From Minisyncoccota bacterium (GTDB lineage: Bacteria; Patescibacteriota; Minisyncoccia; Phycocordibacterales; SBAW01): a DNA stretch of 64,000 nt. This document shows, one piece after another, positions 56,119 through 64,000 of the stretch (within the stretch, counting starts at the first letter, position 1; each line of letters begins with the position of its first letter). The position numbers and the translations under genes are program-made. The notes under the pieces are model-generated. The model did no database searches, was not told where the DNA came from, and saw only the letters and a list, made by a program, of their open reading frames with translations. The DNA lies in contig JAGOUZ010000003.1 in assembly GCA_018060985.1 (NCBI GenBank), positions 47,356 to 111,355 on the forward strand, given 5' to 3'.

Positions 56119-57786
56119 ATGCTCGATTGGCTAAAGAGTAAGAATTCAGGCGGCCAAACTCCTAAATATATTTTCGTCGTCGGCGGCGTTATGTCCGGCA
56201 TCGGCAAGGGCGTAGTGACCTCCGGCATTTTGCGTATCTTAAAGAGCAAAGGATTTAAAGTAACAGCGATAAAAATCGATCCGTACATTAACGTAGACGC
56301 TGGCACGATGAACCCAACCGAGCACGGCGAGGTGTTTGTGCTCGACGATGGTTATGAGACCGACCAGGACATGGGCAACTACGAGCGCTTTTTGGACGAA
56401 ACACTGCCGAACATTAACTACATGACGACCGGACGCGTGTATCAGGAGGTGATCCGCCGCGAACGTAACTTGGAGTACAAAGGCAAGAATGTAGAAGTAG
56501 TGCCGGATGTGCCGCTTGAGGTGATCCGTCGCATTGAAGAGGCGGGGAAGACTGCAAGCGCAGAAATTATTCTGACCGAAATTGGCGGAACGATTGGCGA
56601 GTACCAAAACATTATCTTTTTGGAAGCGGCAAGAATGCTCAAGCAGAAGTATCCCCGTGATGTCGCTATTGTGATGGTGTCCTATGTGCCGATACCAAGT
56701 AACGTGGGCGAGATGAAGACCAAGCCAACGCAGTATGCGGCGCGCTCACTTAATGCCGTCGGCCTACAGGCCGACGTAATTATGGCGCGCGCCTCACAGC
56801 CGATTGATCAGAAGCGCAAAGAAAAAATTGCCGTCTTTTGCAACATTCTTCCTGATCGTGTTATCTCTGCACCGGATGTTGAGAGTATTTACGATGTGCC
56901 GATTAACTACGAGAAAGATGGCCTTGGCACTATTTTGACAGAGGTCTTGGGTCTACCGAGCCGCAAAACCGACCTTTCGGAATGGGAGGCATTTGTACAG
57001 AAGTCTAAAAATACGACAAAAGAATTAAAGATTGCCGTTGTTGGAAAGTATTTTGATACGGGTGACTTTACGCTCGCAGACTCTTACATTTCTGTACTTG
57101 AGTCGCTTAAGCACGCAGGTTACACACAGGGTGCTAAGCCAAAAATTTCTTACATAAACTCTAAAGATATCGAAACTGGAGCACGCAAAGTAGAAGAGCT
57201 AAGCGGGTTTGACGGCATAGTGGTGCCGGGCGGGTTCGGCTCAAGCGGCATCGACGGCATAGTGTCGTGCATTCAGTATGCACGCGAACAGAAGATCCCA
57301 TACTTTGGCCTGTGCTACGGCATGCAGCTTGCAGTGGTAGAGTACGCACGTAACGTGGTGGGTCTTAAGGGTGCAAACACTGTGGAGACCGATCCTAATG
57401 CACCGCACCCAATAATTGACATCATGCCCGACCAGAAAGAAAAACTGACCAAGCAGGACTATGGCGGTACCATGCGTCTCGGCACTTATACTGCAGTTCT
57501 GAAAGATGGCACGATTGCACGCGAGGCCTATGGCGCAGGGGAAGTGTTAGAGCGCCATCGCCATCGCTACGAGGTAAACCCAGACTATATAGAACAGATA
57601 GAAGCGGCGGGGCTAACCTTTAGCGGTAAGTCGCCCTCGGGAGTACTTATGGAGATCGCAGAACTCCCGCGCGATGTGCATCCATTTTTTGTAGGAACGC
57701 AGTTCCATCCGGAACTCTTGTCGCGGCCGCTCCACCCGCACCCGCTGTTTATGGCGTTTGTTAAAGCAGCGCTCAATAAAAGATAA
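56119..57786 (+). CDS. pyrG: CTP synthase
   Basis: N-terminal synthase domain and C-terminal glutamine amidotransferase (GLCYGMQ). Confidence 0.95.
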   Translation: MLDWLKSKNSGGQTPKYIFVVGGVMSGIGKGVVTSGILRILKSKGFKVTAIKIDPYINVDAGTMNPTEHGEVFVLDDGYETDQDMGNYERFLDETLPNINYMTTGRVYQEVIRRERNLEYKGKNVEVVPDVPLEVIRRIEEAGKTASAEIILTEIGGTIGEYQNIIFLEAARMLKQKYPRDVAIVMVSYVPIPSNVGEMKTKPTQYAARSLNAVGLQADVIMARASQPIDQKRKEKIAVFCNILPDRVISAPDVESIYDVPINYEKDGLGTILTEVLGLPSRKTDLSEWEAFVQKSKNTTKELKIAVVGKYFDTGDFTLADSYISVLESLKHAGYTQGAKPKISYINSKDIETGARKVEELSGFDGIVVPGGFGSSGIDGIVSCIQYAREQKIPYFGLCYGMQLAVVEYARNVVGLKGANTVETDPNAPHPIIDIMPDQKEKLTKQDYGGTMRLGTYTAVLKDGTIAREAYGAGEVLERHRHRYEVNPDYIEQIEAAGLTFSGKSPSGVLMEIAELPRDVHPFFVGTQFHPELLSRPLHPHPLFMAFVKAALNKR

Positions 57787-57798
57787 ACATATACGGAT

Positions 57799-58536
57799 AT
57801 GGCAGACATGATAAAGCTGATACAGCTGAATATTGAACGCGGCAAACATATGGAGGTGACGCTGCCGTTTGTTGTGCAAGCACAGCCAGATGTGCTATGT
57901 CTGCAGGAACTTGAGCGCCGCTTTGTGCCGGAGTTTGAACAAGCGGTGGGACCGGGCATCTTTGTACCGCTGCGGCTCATGCAGGGAGAAGAGGAGGGTA
58001 TAGGAATTTTTTCGCGCCATCCGATCGCGAGCCACAGTGCCGTGCAGTACAGCGCTGGCGCGAGCGAGATACAGGAATTTGATGGTTCTTCTTATGATGC
58101 CAACTATGCATCGTCACGTTTTATACTTTTGGTTGCAGACATTGAGGCGCAGCAGGGGCGCTTTCGTATTGGGACGACGCACTTCCCGGTGACGCCAAAA
58201 GGCTCGGTAACGGCATATCAGCGCGAGGACATGGACCGGCTGCTTGTAGAACTGGCGAAGCTGGAAGAGCTCGTTCTGGTTGGCGACTTTAATGCGCCAC
58301 GCGGTGGGGAAATATTTTCAAGACTTGCAGACGCGTACACCGATCATGTGCCTGCAGAATATAAAACCAGCCTCGACATTGCGCGGCATCGCAATGGCAA
58401 AGACCATGCACGCGAGCTGGCCGATAAGATGGTGGACGGCATTTTTAGTACGCCTGGCTACCGCGTTACCAATGTGCGGCTGCAAGACGGAGTGTCTGAC
58501 CACTGTGCGATAGTGGCGGAGGTGGCAAAGCAGTAA
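57799..58536 (+). CDS. endonuclease/exonuclease/phosphatase (EEP) family protein
   Basis: Conserved EEP residues including C-terminal SDH motif. Confidence 0.8.
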   Translation: MADMIKLIQLNIERGKHMEVTLPFVVQAQPDVLCLQELERRFVPEFEQAVGPGIFVPLRLMQGEEEGIGIFSRHPIASHSAVQYSAGASEIQEFDGSSYDANYASSRFILLVADIEAQQGRFRIGTTHFPVTPKGSVTAYQREDMDRLLVELAKLEELVLVGDFNAPRGGEIFSRLADAYTDHVPAEYKTSLDIARHRNGKDHARELADKMVDGIFSTPGYRVTNVRLQDGVSDHCAIVAEVAKQ

Positions 58537-58566
58537 GGAAGCTGGTCTGCTATAGTCATAGGACGT

Positions 58567-59220
58567 ATGAAGTATCTCTTGCTTATCGCGCTCATTTTTA
58601 TACTGATGCCGTGGAGGCTGGTGGCGCCGGAGCTGCACCTCCCTGCGTTAACTGATAATCAGGGAACAGTGGAGGAGGCCGCTGCGCCCGCTGCAGAAGA
58701 AAAAAACGCAGAGCCAGTGGTAGTGCAGACAAAGCCGCTTGGCGCCGTAACACCCGATGCTCCTAAAAAAACCACGCCAGCTAAAAAAGTTGTCTACACG
58801 GAAGAATATACAGCGCTTCTTGAGCGTGCGATACACGACCGGATAAATGCAGAACGTGTTCGTGCCGGGCTTGGCATCCTTGCCTATGATGACGCGCTTG
58901 CTAAAGTGGCGGCCCTGCACTCGACCGATATGGCGAATGAGAATTATTTTGATCATGCCGACGAGAATGGCTGCACGTCATCATGCCGGGTTGATGAGGC
59001 GGGCTACCTGTGGCGCATGGTGGGGGAGAACTTGTTTTTGCTTAAAAGTACTAACCGCTACACCGTAGAAGAAGCGTCGGCGATAATTGTCCAAGGGTGG
59101 ATGGGCAGCGATGGCCACCGCCACAATGTGCTTGAGGGAAAATTTACCAACGAGGGTATGGGTGTCGTTATTTTGGACGACGCTATCTATGCAACGGAGC
59201 TGTTTGCCTTGCCGCGCTAG
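58567..59220 (+). CDS. secreted CAP/SCP (PR-1-like, YkwD-type) domain protein
   Basis: Signal/TM then CAP-domain pattern (HSTDMANENYFDH...GENL...GW..S.GHRHN). Confidence 0.8.
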   Translation: MKYLLLIALIFILMPWRLVAPELHLPALTDNQGTVEEAAAPAAEEKNAEPVVVQTKPLGAVTPDAPKKTTPAKKVVYTEEYTALLERAIHDRINAERVRAGLGILAYDDALAKVAALHSTDMANENYFDHADENGCTSSCRVDEAGYLWRMVGENLFLLKSTNRYTVEEASAIIVQGWMGSDGHRHNVLEGKFTNEGMGVVILDDAIYATELFALPR

Positions 59221-59260
59221 GTTGAGAAATAAGGCGTTTTCGGGTATCTTGGTCATGTAT

Positions 59261-59328
59261 TGCTAGATCCACTAATGGTGTATCGGCGATGTAGTGGCAG
59301 GTCCACTAATGGTGTTTTGACGTTATAT
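59261..59328 (+). repeat. two tandem degenerate copies of the tRNA-Gln 5' ~22 nt
   Basis: TTGCTAGATCCACTAATGGTGTA and GTGGCAGGTCCACTAATGGTGTT at 34-nt spacing, then the genuine TTGCCAGATCGTCTAATGGTAGG. Confidence 0.45.
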
Positions 59329-59399
59329 TGCCAGATCGTCTAATGGTAGGACTCCTGCCTCTGGAGCAGGGTATCTTGGTTCGAATCCAAGTCTGGCAG
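59329..59399 (+). tRNA. tRNA-Gln, anticodon CUG
   Basis: U1:A72 acceptor UGCCAGA/UCUGGCA, 3-bp D-stem, loop CUCUGGA, T-loop UUCGAAU, discriminator G. Confidence 0.8.
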
Positions 59400-59451
59400 C
59401 AAAGTTGTACGAGTATGTCGCGCGCGACATAATAAGCAGGGTAAGGTGAAG

Positions 59452-60129
59452 CTACATTCCTAGGGACTCCAAAAAAATCTTAAGTTCCGACTTTTCTATA
59501 GGTCTATACGCGCCCTCTTTCAAAGAGCCAATTACAATATTTTCTATACGCACACGCTTTAGCAGTGTCACACTTGCGCCAAACACACCGCACATGCGAC
59601 GGATTTGATGCTTTTTACCCTCGGTGATGGTGATTGAAAATGTGTGTGTACCTCGGATCTCTATACGGCTGGGTTTGGTTATATAGCCGCCAATGTCTAC
59701 CCCGCGCTCCATCTTCTTTTTAAAGTCTTTAGGTAATGCATCAAGGGTGGTAACCTCATACTCTTTTTCGTGTTCGTTTATCGGATTTAGCAGAGCATCC
59801 GTTATCCGCCCGTCGTCTGTGAGGATAATGAGACCCACCGAGTCCTTGTCGAGTCTGCCGAGAGGGAAGACGCCTTCGATGGGCAGAATATCCTCGATCG
59901 ATTTCTCGGTGCCTTGTGGGGAGTGAGTAATAATGCCGCGAGGTTTGTTGTAGGCAAAATAGCGATAGGTCTTCAGTTCGCCTTTTACTTCTACCACATC
60001 GCCCTCTGCGACAGTGGAGCCTAGTACCGCCGGCACGTTGTTTATATAGACACGACCCGCTTCGATAAGTTTATCTGCTTCGCGCCGAGAGGCGTACTTA
60101 TGTAGTGCAAGGTATTTGTTTATGCGCAT
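59452..60129 (-). CDS. RluB/RsuA-family pseudouridine synthase
   Basis: S4 domain then catalytic core (GRLDKDSVGLIILTDDG). Confidence 0.85.
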   Translation of the reverse strand: MRINKYLALHKYASRREADKLIEAGRVYINNVPAVLGSTVAEGDVVEVKGELKTYRYFAYNKPRGIITHSPQGTEKSIEDILPIEGVFPLGRLDKDSVGLIILTDDGRITDALLNPINEHEKEYEVTTLDALPKDFKKKMERGVDIGGYITKPSRIEIRGTHTFSITITEGKKHQIRRMCGVFGASVTLLKRVRIENIVIGSLKEGAYRPIEKSELKIFLESLGM

Positions 60130-60294
60130 TGCTCTAGATATACCACAGACGGGGTGAAAAAAGGCCGCTAGTCTGATGGGTGGTCAGTAGATTCTGGGTT
60201 GTGGGGATAGTGACTTGCTTTTATATACATAATGTGGTATAAGTGTTAGCGGACGTTCGCGTCCGATCTTTTCATCGGAATCGGGAGATTTGCA

Positions 60295-60693
60295 ATGAGA
60301 CGGTTTGGAATGATGCTCGCGGCGGGTGCCGCACTCTGCATGACCGCCGGTATGGCGATGGCCAACGGCCACGGCATGGCGCCGGCGAACCTGAGCCCGA
60401 TCGGCTACCTCTGGTTCGAGGTCAGCCACTTCTTCATGCACCTCTTCATCACGGCGCAGGCCGTCTACTACGCGTTCGACTCGGTGGCGATCTGTCAGGC
60501 CATGCTCGTCGAGCAGATGCACCACGCGCATGCCACGATCGTCGCCGGCTTCTTCTTCGCGACGCCGGAGGCCGCGATCCTGACGTTCTTCGCGTTCGTC
60601 GCCGGCATCGGCTTCCTGCTCCGCTTCGCCGTCAATCACGTCGTGCGGCGGCTTGGCTGGCAGAGCGAACTCAGTTCGTCTTCGCCGGCCTGA
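60295..60693 (+). CDS. hypothetical His/Met-rich membrane protein (strongly GC3-biased)
   Basis: Signal peptide, HGMAP...HFFMHLF...MHHAH segments, several TM; almost all codons end in G/C; terminator follows. Confidence 0.5.
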   Translation: MRRFGMMLAAGAALCMTAGMAMANGHGMAPANLSPIGYLWFEVSHFFMHLFITAQAVYYAFDSVAICQAMLVEQMHHAHATIVAGFFFATPEAAILTFFAFVAGIGFLLRFAVNHVVRRLGWQSELSSSSPA

Positions 60694-60718
60694 ACATCGG
60701 CCCACGTGCCATACTGAT

Positions 60719-60752
60719 GAGGCTGGGATTCGTCCCAGCCTCGTTTTCTTTT
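60719..60752 (+). terminator. intrinsic terminator
   Basis: GGCTGGGATTCGTCCCAGCC followed by TCGTTTTCTTTT. Confidence 0.55.
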
Positions 60753-61637
60753 ATGACTTCAATCACTACGAAAAATTTATTTTCTACAAAACTCGACCTT
60801 ACTGGTTGGGAGCGTTATGGCGTTAAAGAAATGTACGTCTGTGACGGCACGCCTATACCCGGCCTGCGCCAAGAGGCGTACAAGCGCACGATCGATAACG
60901 TTGAAATGTCGGTCGGTGTATTTACTTACAAAGGCATGCCTGCCTATATAGCGTGGGGTATTAAAGCTGAGCCGCATTGCAGCTACCATGCACCGCTTTT
61001 GGGCGATAACGCTCTTGCTCCGGTGCGCGAGGGCTGTGCCGAGCATACGATACTGCGTGGAGCCGACGGTATTGTCTCTGGATTTATTTTGGACGGCAAA
61101 GAAACATTTGGCACGGGTGTTGCGCGCAAGGCTCCCACCGCATTTGCCTTGTGGTTTAAGAAAGTTCTACCCATTGTTGCAATACTGGCCGGCATTTCCG
61201 TGCTTGCAACCCTCGTGAATGTACCTGCACACTCATTTACTCATTTTGTGCACGAGTGGATGCTCGACGCGATGGCTGGATTCTTTTTAATCTTCGGCGG
61301 GCTTAAGCTCATAAACATTCAAGCGTTTGCAGAGAGCTATGCAAAGTATGACATTATCGCAAAGCGTTTTATGGCTTGGGGATACGTATACGCGTTTGCT
61401 GAAGTGTTTCTTGGCGTACTCTATGTCACCCGCGTCGAGCTGTTGTTTGCAAGTATTTTGACCGTCGTACTGTTGACCCTTGCAACCGTTGGCGTGTACC
61501 AAAAAATCCGCAAGAACGAAAACACCCAGTGTGCCTGCCTCGGCGGATTCTTTAACGTGCCAATAACCTGGCTAACCTTTGGCGAAAATGCTGCCATGAT
61601 AGTCATGGCCCTTTGGATGATCGCAACGCTCGTATGA
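60753..61637 (+). CDS. membrane protein with C-terminal MauE/DoxX-like domain
   Basis: C-terminal four TM with conserved CACLGGFF; N-terminal soluble domain with several Cys; start chosen at ATG 60753 after the terminator. Confidence 0.55.
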   Translation: MTSITTKNLFSTKLDLTGWERYGVKEMYVCDGTPIPGLRQEAYKRTIDNVEMSVGVFTYKGMPAYIAWGIKAEPHCSYHAPLLGDNALAPVREGCAEHTILRGADGIVSGFILDGKETFGTGVARKAPTAFALWFKKVLPIVAILAGISVLATLVNVPAHSFTHFVHEWMLDAMAGFFLIFGGLKLINIQAFAESYAKYDIIAKRFMAWGYVYAFAEVFLGVLYVTRVELLFASILTVVLLTLATVGVYQKIRKNENTQCACLGGFFNVPITWLTFGENAAMIVMALWMIATLV

Positions 61638-62077
61638 AAGTTTTAATAATTTCTCCGGGCAAAAAACACGACACTACCGTGGCGGAGGGCATTGCCGAGT
61701 TTGAGAAGCGACTCCAAAAACGTTTTGACATAGAGTGGGCTCTGCCATCTGCCGGTACCAAAGAATCCGAGGGAGCAGCGATGTTGAAATATATTAAAGA
61801 CGGCGACTTTTGCGTACTCTTAGACGAGCGCGGCAAAGATATCGATACTCCTGGATTTTCAAAACTGCTCGACTCGCATATGCAGCAGGGGACAAAGCGT
61901 CTTGTGTTTGTTATTGGTGGCGCGTTTGGGGTTGATGGCGCAGTGCAGGCTCGGGCTAACGTCACGCTTAAACTTTCGTCACTGGTGTTCCCGCACATGC
62001 TCGTGCGGTTTATTTTGATAGAGCAACTCTACCGCGCGGTTTCTATTTTAGACGGCGGCAAATACCATCACGCCTAA
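61634..62077 (+). CDS. rlmH: 23S rRNA (pseudouridine1915-N3)-methyltransferase RlmH (SPOUT)
   Basis: MKVLIISPGKK...LLDERGK...VFVIGGAFGVD...IEQLYRA pattern. Confidence 0.85.
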   Translation: MKVLIISPGKKHDTTVAEGIAEFEKRLQKRFDIEWALPSAGTKESEGAAMLKYIKDGDFCVLLDERGKDIDTPGFSKLLDSHMQQGTKRLVFVIGGAFGVDGAVQARANVTLKLSSLVFPHMLVRFILIEQLYRAVSILDGGKYHHA

Positions 62078-62126
62078 CTGTGTATAGAGGTCTGGCTAGA
62101 CATAAAAGCCATGTACACTTAAGTTC

Positions 62127-62327
62127 ATGAAGAATAAAACGTACTATCAGTCGGTCGCTATTATATTTTTTCTTATTGCTATCGGCCATTTGGCGCGTGT
62201 GGCATACGGGTGGGAGGCAGTTATTGGGGGTGTCGTGGTGCCTATGTGGGTAAGCGGCGCAGCGGTATTTATTGCAGGATACCTTGCGGTGCGCGGGTGG
62301 CAGTTCTCCCAGAAACGCGGTCGCTAG
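62127..62327 (+). CDS. hypothetical small membrane protein (66 aa)
   Basis: Two TM helices. Confidence 0.35.
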   Translation: MKNKTYYQSVAIIFFLIAIGHLARVAYGWEAVIGGVVVPMWVSGAAVFIAGYLAVRGWQFSQKRGR

Positions 62328-62447
62328 GCCGTATATCAAGGGTATGCACACCCCTTGTGTACATTGGGGGTATTATGTGTTACTATCGGGTTATTGAGAG
62401 ACTAAAACAGAGGTCGGAGTTCTCAAAGCAAAACATAAACAAAAAGT

Positions 62448-62645
62448 ATGACAGGAACAATTAAGACACTGACGGATCGTGGATTTGGTTTTATTGCACG
62501 CGAAGGCGAAGCAAAGGACCTCTTCTTTCACTCCAAGGACTTGAATGGCGTTACCTTCGATGAACTTAAGCAGGGCGACACCGTCTCGTTTGAGGTTCAG
62601 CAGGGGGAAAAAGGCCCAAGCGCCGTCAATGTAACTCGCGGATAA
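62448..62645 (+). CDS. cspA: cold-shock protein
   Basis: RNP1 motif GFGFI, 65 aa. Confidence 0.9.
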   Translation: MTGTIKTLTDRGFGFIAREGEAKDLFFHSKDLNGVTFDELKQGDTVSFEVQQGEKGPSAVNVTRG

Positions 62646-62667
62646 GCTTACGCTTTTCGCAGAAGAG

Positions 62668-62698
62668 AGACCGCCCACACTGGGCGGTTTTTCTTTTG
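62668..62698 (+). terminator. intrinsic terminator after csp
   Basis: ACCGCCCACACTGGGCGGT followed by TTTTTCTTTT. Confidence 0.6.
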
Positions 62699-62746
62699 TA
62701 TCAAAGACATACATCCGGTGCGTGGATTCCGTACTATACTTACTAG

Positions 62747-63118
62747 ATGAATGGATACGTTGCGAATATCGAAAAGCTGACGCTAGAGAACGAGTTCTTC
62801 CGTCAGGAAGTGTACACCGACTCACGTTTACAACTTGTGCTGATGGCGCTCAAGCCAGGAGAAGATATTGGTGCAGAGGTGCACCAGCTCGATCAGTTTA
62901 TCCGCATAGAGGCTGGAGAGGGGAAATCCGTACTCGACGGAGAGGAGCGGGAACTCAGTGCAAGTTCTGTGGTGATTATTCCGCAGGGTGTGAAGCATAA
63001 CATCATCAATACCGGTTCTGCGTCGATGAAACTCTACACACTCTACGCGCCACCGAATCATCCGCCGGGCACCATTCATAAAACAAAAGCAGAGGCAGAA
63101 GCAGCGGAGCACGAGTAG
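62747..63118 (+). CDS. cupin-domain protein
   Basis: Cupin motifs G(x)5HxH-like (GAEVHQLDQFIRIEAGEG) and ...IIPQGVKHNIINTG. Confidence 0.75.
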   Translation: MNGYVANIEKLTLENEFFRQEVYTDSRLQLVLMALKPGEDIGAEVHQLDQFIRIEAGEGKSVLDGEERELSASSVVIIPQGVKHNIINTGSASMKLYTLYAPPNHPPGTIHKTKAEAEAAEHE

Positions 63119-63196
63119 GCGATCCTTTGTTGATAGCAACGGTAGCGCTTTTTTAGCGTGCTACCATTAAACCCATAATACTAATGGTTTTTTGAT

Positions 63197-63586
63197 ATGG
63201 ACTTATTTCTAGCTCAATTGTTCGGCATTTATTTTATTATCGTTGGCGTTGCGGTGCTGATACGCAAAAAGTCTCTCATGCCTACGGTGCGTGAGCTTAC
63301 CGCTAACCGTCCGGTACTCTTTACGATCGCGCTCCTTGAGATTGCTGCCGGTTTGGCAATCGTACTCTCGCGCCCTGCGCTTACCTGGGACTGGATGGGA
63401 ATTATCACCCTCGTGGGCTGGATGCTCTTGGTTGAAGGCGTACTCTACTTGGTGTTGCCATCAAAGAAAGCGCAGCAGCTAACTAAGAAATTTACCTCAC
63501 CCTCTATGACGATAGCGGGAGGCATTCTTGCGGTTGTGGCAGGCGGGTACTTGGTATACGTAGGGTTTGGTTTGGGGATGATGTAA
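63197..63586 (+). CDS. hypothetical membrane protein
   Basis: Four predicted TM helices, 129 aa. Confidence 0.5.
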   Translation: MDLFLAQLFGIYFIIVGVAVLIRKKSLMPTVRELTANRPVLFTIALLEIAAGLAIVLSRPALTWDWMGIITLVGWMLLVEGVLYLVLPSKKAQQLTKKFTSPSMTIAGGILAVVAGGYLVYVGFGLGMM

Positions 63587-63610
63587 TCACTAACTTTTAG
63601 AACAGGGTAT

Positions 63611-63853
63611 ATGGGATACGAGATGGGAATGTGGGGTCCGCAGGCCGCGCTGGTAGGAGGAGCTTCGTTTTTATTTTTTGTGTTAATAGCGTGGTCGCTC
63701 TTCTGGAAGGGTTTGGCACTTTGGCATGCGTCAAAAAAGCATCAGCCGTGGTGGTTTGTGATCATTCTGCTTGTTAACACCGCGGGTATACTCGAAATCA
63801 TCTACCTCTTCTTTGTTGCAAAGATAAAAACCGACCGCTTGTTTAAGCAGTAG
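63611..63853 (+). CDS. hypothetical small membrane protein
   Basis: Two TM helices, Trp-rich, 80 aa. Confidence 0.5.
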   Translation: MGYEMGMWGPQAALVGGASFLFFVLIAWSLFWKGLALWHASKKHQPWWFVIILLVNTAGILEIIYLFFVAKIKTDRLFKQ

Positions 63854-64000
63854 TATCTGGGGTAGTATGGCGCTTCTGTGCCCCCAGCCTATTTTGAAAC
63901 AAGGATCAATAAGATAATCATCACCGTAGCGGTGGTGGTTTTTCTTATTATTGTTAAGTGGGGCGTAGGGCTCGCATTCCCAAAGCCGCCTGCTCCTCCT

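Noticed and set aside
60184-60750. The N-terminal 170 codons of the 464-aa plus ORF (60243..61637), and the minus ORF 60184..60705
   Set aside because: The out-of-frame overlap with the GC3-rich gene 60295..60693 and the intervening terminator at 60719-60752 indicate two separate genes (60295..60693 and 60753..61637). The minus ORF is an Arg/Glu-rich antisense artefact.

Overview
This ~64 kb window looks like a small-genome bacterium of the Candidate Phyla Radiation (Patescibacteria/Parcubacteria-like). The lineage call is inference: no rpmD (L30) between rpsE and rplO, many small membrane proteins, a type IV pilus/competence cluster, and ribosomal proteins carrying low-complexity extensions. 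All composition statements are by eye; nothing was computed. Content in order:
- 1-12.1 kb: S10-spc ribosomal protein cluster (rplW 3' end, rplB, rpsS, rplV, rpsC, rplP, rpmC, rpsQ, rplN, rplX, rplE, rpsN-Z, rpsH, rplF, rplR, rpsE, rplO, secY, gmk, adk, map). It is interrupted by a self-contained purC gene (own terminators) and by a small antisense ORF between rplE and rpsN.
- 12.1-14.9 kb: ndk, then a promoter plus a long structured leader with an attenuator-like terminator, a beta-CASP MBL ribonuclease, and a TIGR00725/LOG-like protein.
- 15.1-16.2 kb (minus strand): infC-rpmI-rplT.
- 16.3-17.3 kb: two GC3-rich secreted proteins (a Gly-zipper peptide and an RlpA-like DPBB protein).
- 17.3-19.2 kb (minus strand): smpB, two small acidic proteins, and a previously unannotated 378-nt tmRNA (ssrA).
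- 19.2-24.7 kb: ftsH, then a GC3-rich pyrC-pyrD-pyrB block, then tRNA-Ile(UAU).
- 25-33 kb: a secreted polysaccharide-lyase-like protein with FN3 and CBM-like domains, recG, malic enzyme, a secreted repeat protein with an ECF sigma factor and membrane anti-sigma-like protein, and tRNA-Ser.
- 33.4-45.7 kb: comF plus a complete type IV pilus cluster (pilMNO, pilB, pilT, pilC, three pilins, pilD, four pseudopilins).
- 45.7-50.1 kb: ligA, gatC, gatA, and a membrane protein with a C-terminal HEPN-like Rx4H motif.
- 50.1-51.5 kb: a tRNA cluster (fMet, CAU, Asp, Thr-GGU, Thr-CGU) with tRNA fragments and acceptor-stem-mimic hairpins.
- 51.5-64 kb: NUDIX, prfB, an L,D-transpeptidase/D-Ala-D-Ala carboxypeptidase fusion, ftsE-ftsX, pyrG, an EEP nuclease, a CAP-domain protein, tRNA-Gln preceded by tandem 5' fragments, rluB, a MauE/DoxX-like protein, rlmH, cspA, a cupin and small membrane proteins.
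The most unusual signals are tRNA-associated DNA/RNA architecture rather than protein genes: (i) ~115-165 bp miniature insertions at the 3' ends of ssrA and tRNA-Ile, each flanked by a direct repeat of the host gene's 3' terminus; (ii) hairpins upstream of three tRNAs whose stems copy the acceptor stem of the tRNA that follows.
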